Shown in pieces: positions 21,941-32,864 of a stretch of 64,000 nt of DNA. The translations under genes were made by a program, and so were the position numbers. The notes under the pieces are model-generated. The model did no database searches and was not told the DNA's origin. It was given only the letters and a program-made list of their open reading frames with translations. Origin of the DNA: a virus (Duplodnaviria; Caudoviricetes). Every line of letters begins with the position of its first letter. Positions within the stretch are counted from its first letter, which is position 1. The stretch is taken from the IMG/VR virus record IMGVR_UViG_3300012232_000010, positions 33,723 to 97,722 of that record. One strand, 5' to 3'.

Positions 21941-22185
21941 TTCATCATCCTTAAACAGGAAATAGTTCTACAAGTGATTCTGGAATCATGCAAGGCCCAG
22001 AAACAACATCGGTTTTACCCGATCCGCACTTCTTGCAAAGAACACTAGTTGTATAAGTCTTAACTTCTTCCTTTTTGATCATGGTACTTTTGACAAACGC
22101 GGGTGCCTTTCCGCATGTTTGACATTCTGATAGTGTCCACTTACCATTAATTGTTTTTCCAGCGATTCTTTTTCTCATAGTCTAT

Positions 22186-22710
22186 TCACCTTTCTATATG
22201 GGTCCATGTTTTATTTTGTTTTATATAATAAATGCTTCTGATTGAGATATTGAATTTTTTTGCTATATTAGAACAACTTTCATGAAGTTCTAATAATTTT
22301 AGAATCTTTTTTACTTTATTGTCATTTAATATTGCTTTCCACTGGTTTGACCCCCTATTATCTACTCTTGTGCCATGCTTTTTTGAATCTTCTTGATTTT
22401 CTTTTTTAGTACCCCAACACAAATTTGTTAATTCATTATTCCAAGGTTTTCCATCTAAATGTCTGCACTCCATTCCCGGAGGACATTGACTAATAAAAGT
22501 TTCTAAAACTAACCTGTGAATAAAATATTGTTTTTGATTTGTATTTTTGGAAAGATACACGCATTCATGCCCATACTTACTCCGTTTGACTGGTTTTAAT
22601 ATTCTGTCATTTTTTCGTTTAAATCCTTTTAATCTTTTGATTCTACCAAGATTAGAAACGGAATATAATCCTTCATAATTACGGATATTTTTCCATCGTT
22701 CTATTATCAT
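22186..22710 (-). mobile_element. NUMOD4-HNH homing endonuclease
   Basis: ERWKNI..YEGLYSVSNLGRIK; HRLV...F, RHLDG.PWNN.L.NL.WGT..EN. Confidence 0.9.
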
Positions 22711-23039
22711 AGGACTATTCTTCTAGTTAGTGGTTTCTTAACTTGTTCTGCAATAATCTTTTTCTCAATATTAATCTTATGTTCAACGGCTGCATTATTT
22801 TTTATGTGACCATTGCACATTGCAAAGAATGTTTCGGGACCAATTAATTCTATACCATATGCACGGGCCTTTTTCGCCTTGGTCGAAGTGCTATTCATAT
22901 CCATTATGACCAGTATAGTTGTTGTGTTAGTTATAGATTTCGAGACAGACGCTCCAGCCTTAATAGCCATAGCTTCCATTTCGTTTCGGGTGATTGGACC
23001 CTTTCCAGTAAAACAAAATGTCATATTCTTGTTTAGCAT
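22707..23039 (-). CDS. Stand-alone BRCT domain protein
   Basis: FCFTG....R.EME......GASVSKSIT.....LV.......TKAKKARAYGI. Confidence 0.85.
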   Translation of the reverse strand: MLNKNMTFCFTGKGPITRNEMEAMAIKAGASVSKSITNTTTILVIMDMNSTSTKAKKARAYGIELIGPETFFAMCNGHIKNNAAVEHKINIEKKIIAEQVKKPLTRRIVL

Positions 23040-23271
23040 CGTTTAATCCTAATTAACCACTTTAGCATTTTTTATTACTTTTACCTTTGTATCTAATGAT
23101 ACCTTGGACGGTCTTCCTTTTTCCAAATCAACAAGAATCACTTTATTATTCTCATCTAAGTCACTAAGGATATAGTATCTATCTTCATAGAGAACACAAG
23201 TGCCGAGTGTTATGCTACCAATACGTGTCAATTCATTAATATTATCAATTTCAATTTTCATTTTGGAATCC

Positions 23272-24252
23272 TTATATCAAGAGAAACTCACAATGTTTCC
23301 TAAAATCGTCTATATTTTTGAAGCCCGCATACGATATGCCAGACCGCAAAGCACCATTGTATCTAGCTAATAGATTTTCTACCGACTCACCCAAATCCAA
23401 TAGGTTAGTCTTTCCTTCTGGGCAATCATTATTTACTTTGCCCAACCATTGTTCTTGGACGGAACGACTAGCCATCCCCTTGTATACCTTTTTCTTAATG
23501 CCGCCAACGTCAATTACTTCAGCGGCGCTTTCTGGGCATCTTGCAAAGATAGAACCGGCCATGACAGATGAAGCGCCAGCCCCGATAGCCTTAGTGAAAT
23601 CCGCTGGCTCTCTTATTGATCCGTCACTTATTATTGGAATATTGTATTCCCTAGAATTAAGTTTACAATCGTACACGGCACTAAATTGATTCTTCGTACA
23701 ACCCGCCGTATTCGCCGTTATACAGGCACTACCACCACCTATACCAACCTTAATAGCATCAACCCATCCCCTGAACATTGGGAACATTTCTGGATTAATC
23801 GTGTTACCAGCAACAACCCGAACGGTAGGATACATATCCTTTATCGTCCTGCACATCTTTAAAACTTGCTTACTAAATCCATGAGCAACATCGACAAATA
23901 TACAATTAGCCCCACCTTTATTTATCAGGCTTTCTACTAGAAGATAGTCATTAGTTTTTATACCTATAGACACTGCTGTTACTGGACACCTATCTGATAT
24001 TTTCTTTGTTTCTTTAATATAATCGAAATCATACCGAAACGCTCTATGTAAAACCCCAAGCGCTCCTAGCTCATAAAGCTTAACACAGAAATCCGCATTG
24101 ACTACGCTGGACATATTTGCGGCTATAAGAGGGATTGGTCTAAATATTCCCTTTATAATTTCGCTTTCTGTAACAACGTCAGACCTACTTATGCAGACAT
24201 TTTCCTTCTGCTTTATTGCAACTTGATTGAATCTATATGACTGTTCAAACAT
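23272..24252 (-). CDS. IMP dehydrogenase/GMP reductase family protein
   Basis: PLIAANM, VDVAHG, KVGIGGGSACIT, IISDG, KAIGAGA..VM.GS, YKGMAS, PEG. Confidence 0.9.
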   Translation of the reverse strand: MFEQSYRFNQVAIKQKENVCISRSDVVTESEIIKGIFRPIPLIAANMSSVVNADFCVKLYELGALGVLHRAFRYDFDYIKETKKISDRCPVTAVSIGIKTNDYLLVESLINKGGANCIFVDVAHGFSKQVLKMCRTIKDMYPTVRVVAGNTINPEMFPMFRGWVDAIKVGIGGGSACITANTAGCTKNQFSAVYDCKLNSREYNIPIISDGSIREPADFTKAIGAGASSVMAGSIFARCPESAAEVIDVGGIKKKVYKGMASRSVQEQWLGKVNNDCPEGKTNLLDLGESVENLLARYNGALRSGISYAGFKNIDDFRKHCEFLLI

Positions 24253-24522
24253 TTTTAGTATCTCTCAAAACGTGGAACATGAATGGAATTCCGTATTTAT
24301 TTACATCTATCATTATGAAGTTTATATTTAGGAATTCGGGAAAAGACAAGTATCTGATACTCTTGTATTTTTTCCAGTCGCTACCCATATATTTTTTACG
24401 ATTATAGAATACAAAAGTTTTTTTGATTAGCCAGTCATTATTCCCCCATATAAGTAAAGAACTTTTATGAGACCCTATTCGGTCTCTTATAAATTCTATT
24501 GACCAATTTCTAATTTCCAGAA

Positions 24523-24936
24523 TCATCTGTATCCCTTAATGTGGAGTCTTTGCTTATTTCCGGCCAGTTTTTCCCTACTAACTATACGCCCCCTAGCCTC
24601 TTGTTGTTCTTTTATTGTGTGATATGCATAATTTCCTTTAAGGTTATTCAACCACGCTTTATTATATCTGCTGCTATCGTAACTAGAAATTATAGCTGTA
24701 TAGTTTCCATTTTCTGTTTTAACAAATCCTAAATCGTTACTGGCGCTCCCAACAAATTCTCTTCTTATAATGATATGTGCTTTGTCGGCTCTAACATCTC
24801 CCTGATACCCTATTAGGTTTTTTGGGTCGGTATGGACTTCTATTTGATTCTTAGTCCAATTTCCAGTTTCCATCAAGGCCGCTATTAACGCACTTTGATT
24901 TTTGAACTCTGTTTGAACATTACAATAACTAGACAT
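24523..24936 (-). CDS. DUF1257 (Ycf35)-like protein
   Basis: MS....QTEFK...AL..AL, L.GYQGD.R...A.I.IRR..VG.ASNDLGF, II..YD. Confidence 0.75.
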   Translation of the reverse strand: MSSYCNVQTEFKNQSALIAALMETGNWTKNQIEVHTDPKNLIGYQGDVRADKAHIIIRREFVGSASNDLGFVKTENGNYTAIISSYDSSRYNKAWLNNLKGNYAYHTIKEQQEARGRIVSREKLAGNKQRLHIKGYR

Positions 24937-25613
24937 TAAAGTTTTCTCCAATCGCATTCCTTAGCAAAGAATCCATCTTCTATCAAGACCACTTGATTTT
25001 CTGGGAAAAGTCTATTGTATTCTTTCACAAACTCATAGATATTCATACCATCAAAATAAAGTCTTATATTTTTCAACAAAATATCCTTTGGTATATCTTG
25101 AGTTTTTGGTAATTTGTAATCGTTAAACATTAATTACTAATTCTCCATTACATATCTGTTGCTGTTAAATCAAGCGGCTCGACCATAGATTCATTATCTG
25201 TTCCGCACTCTTCACCAGAATTTAATCTGACAAATCTTACGGGCCATGCATCTTTACAATCTGTTAGACAAAATCTTCCATCAGTCCTCATGCAAATCCA
25301 AGAAGTTTCCGGGCTAGAATCTTTACATGGCCAATATTTAAAACAATCTCCCGGCCTAGTTGATCCTGCCGCTATAAGTCTTGGTTTATTCCTTAAATTT
25401 GTTTTCATTTATTCTCCTACCAAGAAATTGAAACTAAGACTCTTTCATCCTTTTTTTCTGCCCCATTAGCCAATAACCACTCTACTGTTTTGGGAAGATA
25501 TTCTCCATCTAGCCACACACATCTATAAGAATCGTTTGGCTGTTCATCGCACACTTCATCATGAACTTCTCTAGGCATATCCAACCAATTAAAGACCTTC
25601 ATAGTCTTGTATT

Positions 25614-26600
25614 TCATATAACTACCTTCCTCTTCAAACCCTTAATGAATTGACTAGTCTGTTCATTTTCCATAGATGCTGCTTTTCTAATACCGTTAGT
25701 TGCGCTTAGGATGGCGCTTTGCAATGCTGGACTTTCAAGTGTTTTCCCATTGAATTCTGCATCCAAGAATTGCTCCCTAAATTCATTCAACATCTTTTCT
25801 AGATCGGAATCTCCGAATACATTAAGCATCTTGAACTTATCTATGTACTTACGGAATGACGTTAAGGTTTTCGGTGAAAGCTTCTTACCCTCTTCCTCAT
25901 CAGCAAATGGCGTACCATTGATTCGACACTTTACCAAGTCGCAGAATTTGATAACTTCTTCACGCATAGAACCCACGTATTGTTCTACGAATGATCCGAC
26001 TTCCTTTTGCATCTTTTCCTTCATCTGTCTAGATTTCTCTAGCTTAGCTTCATTTTCTTCAATAATATGTGACACAGACACCCCCTGAAGACTATTCAAT
26101 CCAGCGATTCTGAACAAATGCCAATCGAAGTAGAAGCGGGACCGCAAAGATTCTGCTGTGGGAGGGTAGAATCGTTTTAGACACTTTTCAAAGAATTCTG
26201 GATGACGCTGCTTAACCTCATCCTTAAGATCATTAAATCTAACAATGAACGAGTCAACAACATCAAAGAACTCTTTTCTGAATTGCTTCAAATTATGTTC
26301 TAGGTCTGGCACTATTTTAAGTGGCACAAAGAATGAATTGGCTATCCCGAATGGGACCGAAAATTGCGAAAGATAATATCTTGCTCTTTGCTCTATTTTG
26401 GAGATAGCTTGAATTTCACTTTTTGATACCAAAAGCTTCCTGCCAAGATTTACTAGTTCATCAGGAAGTGCTTTTGTATCAATTCCTAGACTTTCACAAT
26501 CTTCCCGCGAAACCATGCGCCTACCAGACCATGAGCCGATTGATAGGGACACTAGACAACCAACATCAAAAAGGTTTAATGTTTCATTTGTTTGAGTCAT
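25614..26600 (-). CDS. DUF3150-like protein
   Basis: LVSLSIGSWSGRR, LP.ELV.LG.K.L, RAR.YL...SVPF, FFVP, YP....L..RF.F.W. Confidence 0.7.
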   Translation of the reverse strand: MTQTNETLNLFDVGCLVSLSIGSWSGRRMVSREDCESLGIDTKALPDELVNLGRKLLVSKSEIQAISKIEQRARYYLSQFSVPFGIANSFFVPLKIVPDLEHNLKQFRKEFFDVVDSFIVRFNDLKDEVKQRHPEFFEKCLKRFYPPTAESLRSRFYFDWHLFRIAGLNSLQGVSVSHIIEENEAKLEKSRQMKEKMQKEVGSFVEQYVGSMREEVIKFCDLVKCRINGTPFADEEEGKKLSPKTLTSFRKYIDKFKMLNVFGDSDLEKMLNEFREQFLDAEFNGKTLESPALQSAILSATNGIRKAASMENEQTSQFIKGLKRKVVI

Positions 26601-26758
26601 ATTTGATTCCTAATCTAAGAAAGAAAAATAACCATCACCTATATATTGGATTTCTCTATCACCATCATAAATTCTATTATACTCTTCTACTAATTCTTCT
26701 GGCTCTAAGTGCATATAAGCTTGCGCTATCATTTCAACAACATCACTATAATCTAGGC

Positions 26759-28303
26759 TCATACAGAAACCTTTCTACCCTTCTTTTCTACGACTTCTTC
26801 TGGCTTGCTGTTCGCCAATTTTGCATGAGATGCACCCCATTCCCTCATAGCCTTAATCTTTTCAGGCTCTACTTTAGATATAGGTACTACTGACGGCGCA
26901 GCCATTTCCAAGTGGCTCTGATCCAATTCTTCATTCATACAGAAAGCGATTTTAAGTCCAGTCTTAACAATTTGTTCTATCTCTGATCCGGAATAATCCT
27001 TAGTCATCTCAACCATCTTATTCAGATCGAATTTATTCGGGTTTCTTCCTCTTTGAGCCAAATGAATATTTACTATAGCCTTTCTTTCTGAATCATTAGG
27101 AAGGTCTAGAAAGAATATAGAATCAAATCTTCCCGGTCTCAAAAACTCTGGCGGCAACCGATGAATGGTATTGGCAGTGGCTATGACATAGACTACGCTA
27201 GTTCTATCGCTAAGCCATTTAAGCACAGTTCCAAGAACTCTCAATGAAGCCCCACCATCCAATGAATCCCCAAACCCCTTCTCTATTTCATCCAATTGAA
27301 GTACACACGGAGACACACTCTCAATAATCTTGAAAGCTTGTCTTGTATTTTGTTCCGAAGAACCAACCAAAGACCCCATAAGAGACCCAATATCCATAGA
27401 TATTAGGGGAAGATTAAGCTCGGACGCAACACACAGACTTATTCTGGTCTTGCCACAACCCGGAATTCCAACCTGCAAGATACCTTTGGGACTTTCTATG
27501 CCGAAATCTCTTGCTTTATCCGAAAAGCATGGTTTGTCTAATAGGATAGTTCTTTTAAGAACTTCATAACCACCAATATTATTCAACCCACCGGCTGGTG
27601 GTTCTATATAGGTGAGAAGACCAGACGCTCTAATAACTGCTGCTTTTTCTCTTAGAATAGTCTTAATAGCTTCGTGATCTATAGTTTTGTGCTTTCTTAC
27701 GGCCAAAGAAACTCTATCTACGATTTCGCATGAAGTCATACCTTGACAGGCGCGAATAGTATCATCCATGATTTCTGGATTTATTTCGAATGGTTTACCG
27801 TCTTTGGTCTCGACACTTTCTCCCACAAATAAGATATTGTTTTTGATTTGTTCTTTGCTTGGAAGAGAAAAGTCTAGCGTTGTTATATCGTGTCTTAACG
27901 ACGTTGGGATTTCAAACTCTGCCCCCAAAAAGATAATGGTTTTCCCTTTGTGACTCAAGTGATTTTTAGACTCACTTATTTGAGAGATAACCGTATCGAA
28001 TTGATTATAACAATCTTTATTAACATAAGGCCAGAATTCTTTTACTACACAAACAATATTTTCTGGCATATTAAGAATTGTACCAATAACCATCTCTGGT
28101 AGACATGGGCCAATACCCTCTATTTTTGATCCGTCTACAGTAGACCATCCTGACGATACGGACCAAACTAGGGTTTGTTTGTTTATTTCTTTGCAGTGCT
28201 TCTCTATCTCTTCTGCCGCTCTTTCTTTCTCGAAAGTTGAGACATAGAGAAGTGCGTGACCGCTAAGGATATAGTCTTGTAGATCAGTTTTAAAGTTGCT
28301 CAT
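26759..28303 (-). CDS. Ycf46-like classical AAA ATPase (degenerate N-terminal module plus intact AAA domain)
   Basis: IGGYEVLK, PKGIL.VGIPGCGKT, GSLVGSSEQN, LDEIEKGF, ATAN, LPPEFLRPGRFD..FFLDLP, YSGSEIEQ, MREW. Confidence 0.9.
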   Translation of the reverse strand: MSNFKTDLQDYILSGHALLYVSTFEKERAAEEIEKHCKEINKQTLVWSVSSGWSTVDGSKIEGIGPCLPEMVIGTILNMPENIVCVVKEFWPYVNKDCYNQFDTVISQISESKNHLSHKGKTIIFLGAEFEIPTSLRHDITTLDFSLPSKEQIKNNILFVGESVETKDGKPFEINPEIMDDTIRACQGMTSCEIVDRVSLAVRKHKTIDHEAIKTILREKAAVIRASGLLTYIEPPAGGLNNIGGYEVLKRTILLDKPCFSDKARDFGIESPKGILQVGIPGCGKTRISLCVASELNLPLISMDIGSLMGSLVGSSEQNTRQAFKIIESVSPCVLQLDEIEKGFGDSLDGGASLRVLGTVLKWLSDRTSVVYVIATANTIHRLPPEFLRPGRFDSIFFLDLPNDSERKAIVNIHLAQRGRNPNKFDLNKMVEMTKDYSGSEIEQIVKTGLKIAFCMNEELDQSHLEMAAPSVVPISKVEPEKIKAMREWGASHAKLANSKPEEVVEKKGRKVSV

Positions 28304-28931
28304 AATAATCCTTTATAACATATCTGTTGGAGGATAATTGTCGTCTTCACCACCCTCTAGAAGTTTTCTCATTTGGAAGTTTTCATTTATTAATGAAGTA
28401 ATATCATGTTTATAATTTTCTATGAGAATTCTTATATGTTGAAGCAAAACTTCTTCTTCACTTTCATGCTTTGCAGATTTCGCCCTAGTTATTGGCGAGT
28501 CTGGTTCGCAATCAAGTTTATCAAGAATTTCTCTTAGTTCACGAAGCAACTGTTCCCTCTGCATAGTTTTCGTTCCCATATAGTATATTCCCTGCCTCTG
28601 AAATATCTCGTCCCATTCTTCTTAGAATCGAAGCGGCCTTTCTTTGGTTTCCAGTATGCTTCAATTGGTTAGCCATCGGGCCAGCCAGACCCTTGTTGCA
28701 AGTTAGAATAAACTTACCATTAACCTCATCTATTTCGATTGAAAATGCCGGTTCGCGTTCTTGTGCTTCCATAAGATTTCCTTTCATTTAACCCATTCCA
28801 TATCTCTACCACACTCTGGACAGATTGGATATCCAGAATCTAACAAAAATATTATATCTTGTTTAGACCTTAATTCTATTACTGTGTTTCCACAACCACA
28901 GTCGCACGTATTTTTGAACTCTAAAGTTATT

Positions 28932-29348
28932 CTAGTCATGATCATAACTATCCGAACTTATTTTCCCATCTCTAGTAACAGTTATTCTAGAGTGATCGCC
29001 GAACATTTCCTTGAAATCTTCACTGTCAAATTTTTGAAGAACAGCACAAACTTTCTTCTTTAGATTATTCAATGGATTTTCACCATAAATTTCGTACCCA
29101 TCCTCTTCATTAATATCTGGATCATAAATATGGGCGCTGAAAGTGCATTCATCCCCATCATTGAAATAAGGAGTGTACTGACGCCATCCGAAACTATTAA
29201 GTGTTGGGTTTTCTTCGAAAAGTGCTTTTGTGCATTCGGAAAAAGCATCCTTCATAACCGCTCTTGCTTCATTCTTGATTACCTCTGCCTTAGACTTTGC
29301 TGCTTCAAACTTTTCCATTGCGTTCATACAATTTCCTTTCTTAATCAA
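28932..29348 (-). CDS. Conserved phage hypothetical protein
   Basis: WRQYTPYFNDGDECTF, FGDH..IT. Confidence 0.6.
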   Translation of the reverse strand: MIKKGNCMNAMEKFEAAKSKAEVIKNEARAVMKDAFSECTKALFEENPTLNSFGWRQYTPYFNDGDECTFSAHIYDPDINEEDGYEIYGENPLNNLKKKVCAVLQKFDSEDFKEMFGDHSRITVTRDGKISSDSYDHD

Positions 29349-29820
29349 TTATTCTTGGTCTATTATCATCAAACGGTTTGTCAAACGGATATGGATTTGG
29401 TAGCACAGTTGGGGGATTGGGTACTGGTGCCGGAAATTCAAATTTTTGAACTTCTTTTTCATATAATTTCTTTGACGAATTGGGTAATTCACCCTTCCCA
29501 TTATCCATCCATTCCTCAAAAGGAATTCCCTGAAGAAAGTCCTGCGCTGTTGGAATAAATTTCCCCCTATAGTCTTCTAAAACATGTTGTTCGCCAATAT
29601 CTCTTACAGAAATCTTTTTACCATTAGAGTTTGTGATTGTGACTCCAAAGATTCTTTCTAGAATCGTGGATAGGAACCAACAGTTATGCGTCAATGCTCT
29701 ATGGCGATTATCTGCAATCGCTGACTTACTGGAATCCATTAAGTTATGGATATCTATGTAATCTTCTGGTTTACCACCAAATTTCCTAGCTGACGATTCA
29801 GCATGAATCCACGGTTTCAT
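29341..29820 (-). CDS. DUF6915-like protein
   Basis: P..HAESSARKFGG.PEDY..IH..MD.SK, RHRAL.H, VR.IGEQHV.ED...FIPT. Confidence 0.7.
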   Translation of the reverse strand: MKPWIHAESSARKFGGKPEDYIDIHNLMDSSKSAIADNRHRALTHNCWFLSTILERIFGVTITNSNGKKISVRDIGEQHVLEDYRGKFIPTAQDFLQGIPFEEWMDNGKGELPNSSKKLYEKEVQKFEFPAPVPNPPTVLPNPYPFDKPFDDNRPRIID

Positions 29821-30001
29821 TTAATATCCTCCCAATTTTCTTGATCTTGCAAATCCTTTGCATTGGTCTAATTCACGAACTAGTTTTTCAGTAACTAAGT
29901 CGAAACTTGAACCTCTTTCTTCAAAATATGTTATGAGACAATTAAGAACCTCTATACAGTTTAGAAGTTCCTCATCTGACATACCAATTAATTGATAATA
30001 C

Positions 30002-30856
30002 TTAGCTGCTCTGTAAAAGTTTCCCTGTTCCATAATCGACTCCAAATTTCTTTAGATCGCCATAATAAATTTCAAGACACTTTATCAAGAGACCTTTTAT
30101 TAATGGTTCGTTCGGACTATGAGGGACTACTTCAGTTGTATCGTAGAGTTCTTTTAGTTCTACTTCTTTTTCTGCGAACCAAGTTTCCAATTCAGAAAGA
30201 GAAACATCACCCTTTCTAATAGCCCTCATTTGTCCAGATGACTGTCTCAAATCTATATCGCCAGTTGTCAATATTTGCTCACATTCGTTGGCTAGACGGT
30301 ATAGATGAGAACCATACTTTGTATCGTATCCGAACGTGTCTACTATAATCTTCCTCTTGCCCTCTGGTTCTTTATTTCTTATTTTGCGCAATTGGGAATG
30401 AGCGTAACCCGCAAATTTATGGAAACATCCTTTATGCAGAAAAGACCATTTATTATCAAGAATAATATCGGATTCTGGCGTTTCCAATATAATACAATCT
30501 CTAGGAACGAAAAGACAGTCTATCATATTGGGATTGTTTTCCATGCACAGATGGACGAATTTGACTACGTTGTAAATTGTTATATCATACACTTGATCGT
30601 CATACTCGATACCTTCCTGTTGGAATTGTTCGAATTTATTGATTTGCCTGCCGAATCCCTCTATGTGACCAGCCGTGTGAGGAAATATATACTCAATAGG
30701 CGGAATACAGAACCCGTATATATCATTGTCGGAGAATTCATTAGCCATACCATAAGCGTGTGAACCAGTTTTACAAAGAAAAACTGTTCTATCAAGAAGC
30801 CAATCAGGTGGATTTATCAATTTTTTATCTGACAAAGTTTTTAATATATCAATCAT
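30002..30856 (-). CDS. Pol-beta superfamily nucleotidyltransferase (RlaP/YcgL-like)
   Basis: GSHAYG.....SDND, NNPNMIDCLF, F.GYA.SQ, YDTK...HL.RL. Confidence 0.8.
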   Translation of the reverse strand: MIDILKTLSDKKLINPPDWLLDRTVFLCKTGSHAYGMANEFSDNDIYGFCIPPIEYIFPHTAGHIEGFGRQINKFEQFQQEGIEYDDQVYDITIYNVVKFVHLCMENNPNMIDCLFVPRDCIILETPESDIILDNKWSFLHKGCFHKFAGYAHSQLRKIRNKEPEGKRKIIVDTFGYDTKYGSHLYRLANECEQILTTGDIDLRQSSGQMRAIRKGDVSLSELETWFAEKEVELKELYDTTEVVPHSPNEPLIKGLLIKCLEIYYGDLKKFGVDYGTGKLLQSS

Positions 30857-31519
30857 ATTTTGTTTCTCTGTAAACAATTTCTCTATCAGCAAGATTGGGA
30901 TACCATTTTTGTAACCACATTTTGGTATACTTAATAAGGTCTTCTTTGGTTAAGGATTCATTTGGAGTCCAAACATCATCATATGTGATGACTGGTCTGA
31001 ATTTGAGAATTCTAACACCATTAGCCTTAATCCATTCGTATGATTTATCTCCATCCTTATCTCTTAGAGAATACCAATCGGGTTTGGTGCTATTTGGCGG
31101 GAATTTTAGTTTATAAAACAGATCGAACGGCTCATCCAGCCATCTATCATAAAAGCAATCTATAGAATTTATACAGAATACCCATCTATCTGTAAATTTC
31201 CAAGGAAGGTAATCTTTTATCTTGGGGAGTTCTTTAAACTCAAGAATCCAAGAAAAATATCCGACTATGCAACTCCACAAATCTTTAATTCGTGGAGGCA
31301 ATTCTACGTTTAGATCGCAAGACTTCAAGCCGCCTTCGCATGGATAGTCATGCTCGCATGGTGGACCCATGCATTCCCAATTACTTATTACTATTGGTCT
31401 TTTTTTATAGAGTTTTTCTAGTAGCCAAAATCTTTTGGAGGTAGACTTCAACCATTTGTAATCAGTTTTCTTGTTCTTTACTCGATTTTTAGCTTCATTA
31501 AGCTCTTTTTTAAGTTGAT

Positions 31520-31819
31520 TCATAGATTGTACCAAAGAAAAGTCCCCCAAGACCAAAACCAAAAAACGAACACACTGAACAATAATGCATCACAAATTAA
31601 TATTCCCTGCCAGTATTTATCTCTGGATTTTGTCAAGTGTCTATATCCAAGAATAAATGGAATGGATGTTACTATTTTTAGAACTACTAATCCAAAAACA
31701 CCATAATTATACATTAGATATCTTGCAATAGGGTTCAACTCATAAAAAGAAGGATGATTCATGTTGAACCAAGTTATTAAAAGATCGGCAATAGTGAAAG
31801 CTATTAAAAGTGTTATCAT
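31520..31819 (-). CDS. DUF5658-like membrane protein
   Basis: D.L.T......ELNPIAR...G...K; three hydrophobic segments. Confidence 0.6.
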   Translation of the reverse strand: MITLLIAFTIADLLITWFNMNHPSFYELNPIARYLMYNYGVFGLVVLKIVTSIPFILGYRHLTKSRDKYWQGILICDALLFSVFVFWFWSWGTFLWYNL

Positions 31820-32204
31820 TTTTAATCCAAACGAGATGGCAAAAGTTTTAAGATTTCTTCTATTTCATCCATAGTATTTTTACTAAACGCCAATTTGATC
31901 ATTATTTTTTCTTTAACTTCATCAAAGCTATTCCACAATTCTCTATATTTTGTATCTAAACTTCTTATTTTTTCTTCTATTGGATTATTAAATTCTTCAA
32001 CTATAGCGTTATATTCTTGTATTTTCGGTATAACACTTTCAAGAATTCTTTGAGCTTTAACTGGAAGCCCATCACATATTCCGATTGACGGTGTAGCTAT
32101 TTTACTTTGCGTTCTTAATTTTCTTCTTTCGGCGTCAATTAATTCTCTTAAAGAATTTTGTCTATCATGTATCATTTCTCTTATTATTTCAATCTGAATC
32201 TTAT

Positions 32205-32864
32205 TCATATAGCCCTCATTTCATTAGAGAGAAGATTGATTTCAATTTCCTTATCTAATGCGCATCCTCTTAGCCACTTAACAAACTGTGCGACCCTAAG
32301 ATTAGCCGAGACTTTGGCGCTATAAATGGTCATGGGAGTCGTACACCCAACATTAAAAGCTTCTTCATCGGTATACAAACTCGCCTCATAATGAGCATAA
32401 CTTTCATCGTCATGCACAACGAAAATTCTTGCATACTCAGCCGCAGTGCGACTATCTATAAACAAATCTCTTGCCGAAGCTGTGGATTCAAAGATTTGCT
32501 TTCTAGCTTCCATAGAGTCTACACAACTGAAAACCACTCCGTCATTAAAAGTCATTGGATTGAATTTATTTTTGATAACCTTGACTTCTATACCGGGATT
32601 AATCATTTTGATTACTTGGGCAACGGCATCTACCTTAAATTCCCCAATTTGACTTTCGAAAAAGCCTTGTGTGGCCAAATTAGGCACTTCGACCTTATCA
32701 TAATCAATAAGATCAAGTCTAGGAACACCAATTTCTGCCAACGTAAGAGCCACTTGCCTACCGCCAGCCCCAACACCGACAACCGTACACTTGGTATTCT
32801 TCAGCTTCTCTTCCGGAACTAATGTTCTCTGTCTAGCCGATCTGTCCGCCAATGATTGACTCAT
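32205..32864 (-). CDS. E1-like ThiF/MoeB adenylyltransferase
   Basis: RQ; VVGVGAGG; DYDKVEVPNLATQ; K; CVDSMEAR; DSR; candidate catalytic Cys in GCT. Confidence 0.92.
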   Translation of the reverse strand: MSQSLADRSARQRTLVPEEKLKNTKCTVVGVGAGGRQVALTLAEIGVPRLDLIDYDKVEVPNLATQGFFESQIGEFKVDAVAQVIKMINPGIEVKVIKNKFNPMTFNDGVVFSCVDSMEARKQIFESTASARDLFIDSRTAAEYARIFVVHDDESYAHYEASLYTDEEAFNVGCTTPMTIYSAKVSANLRVAQFVKWLRGCALDKEIEINLLSNEMRAI

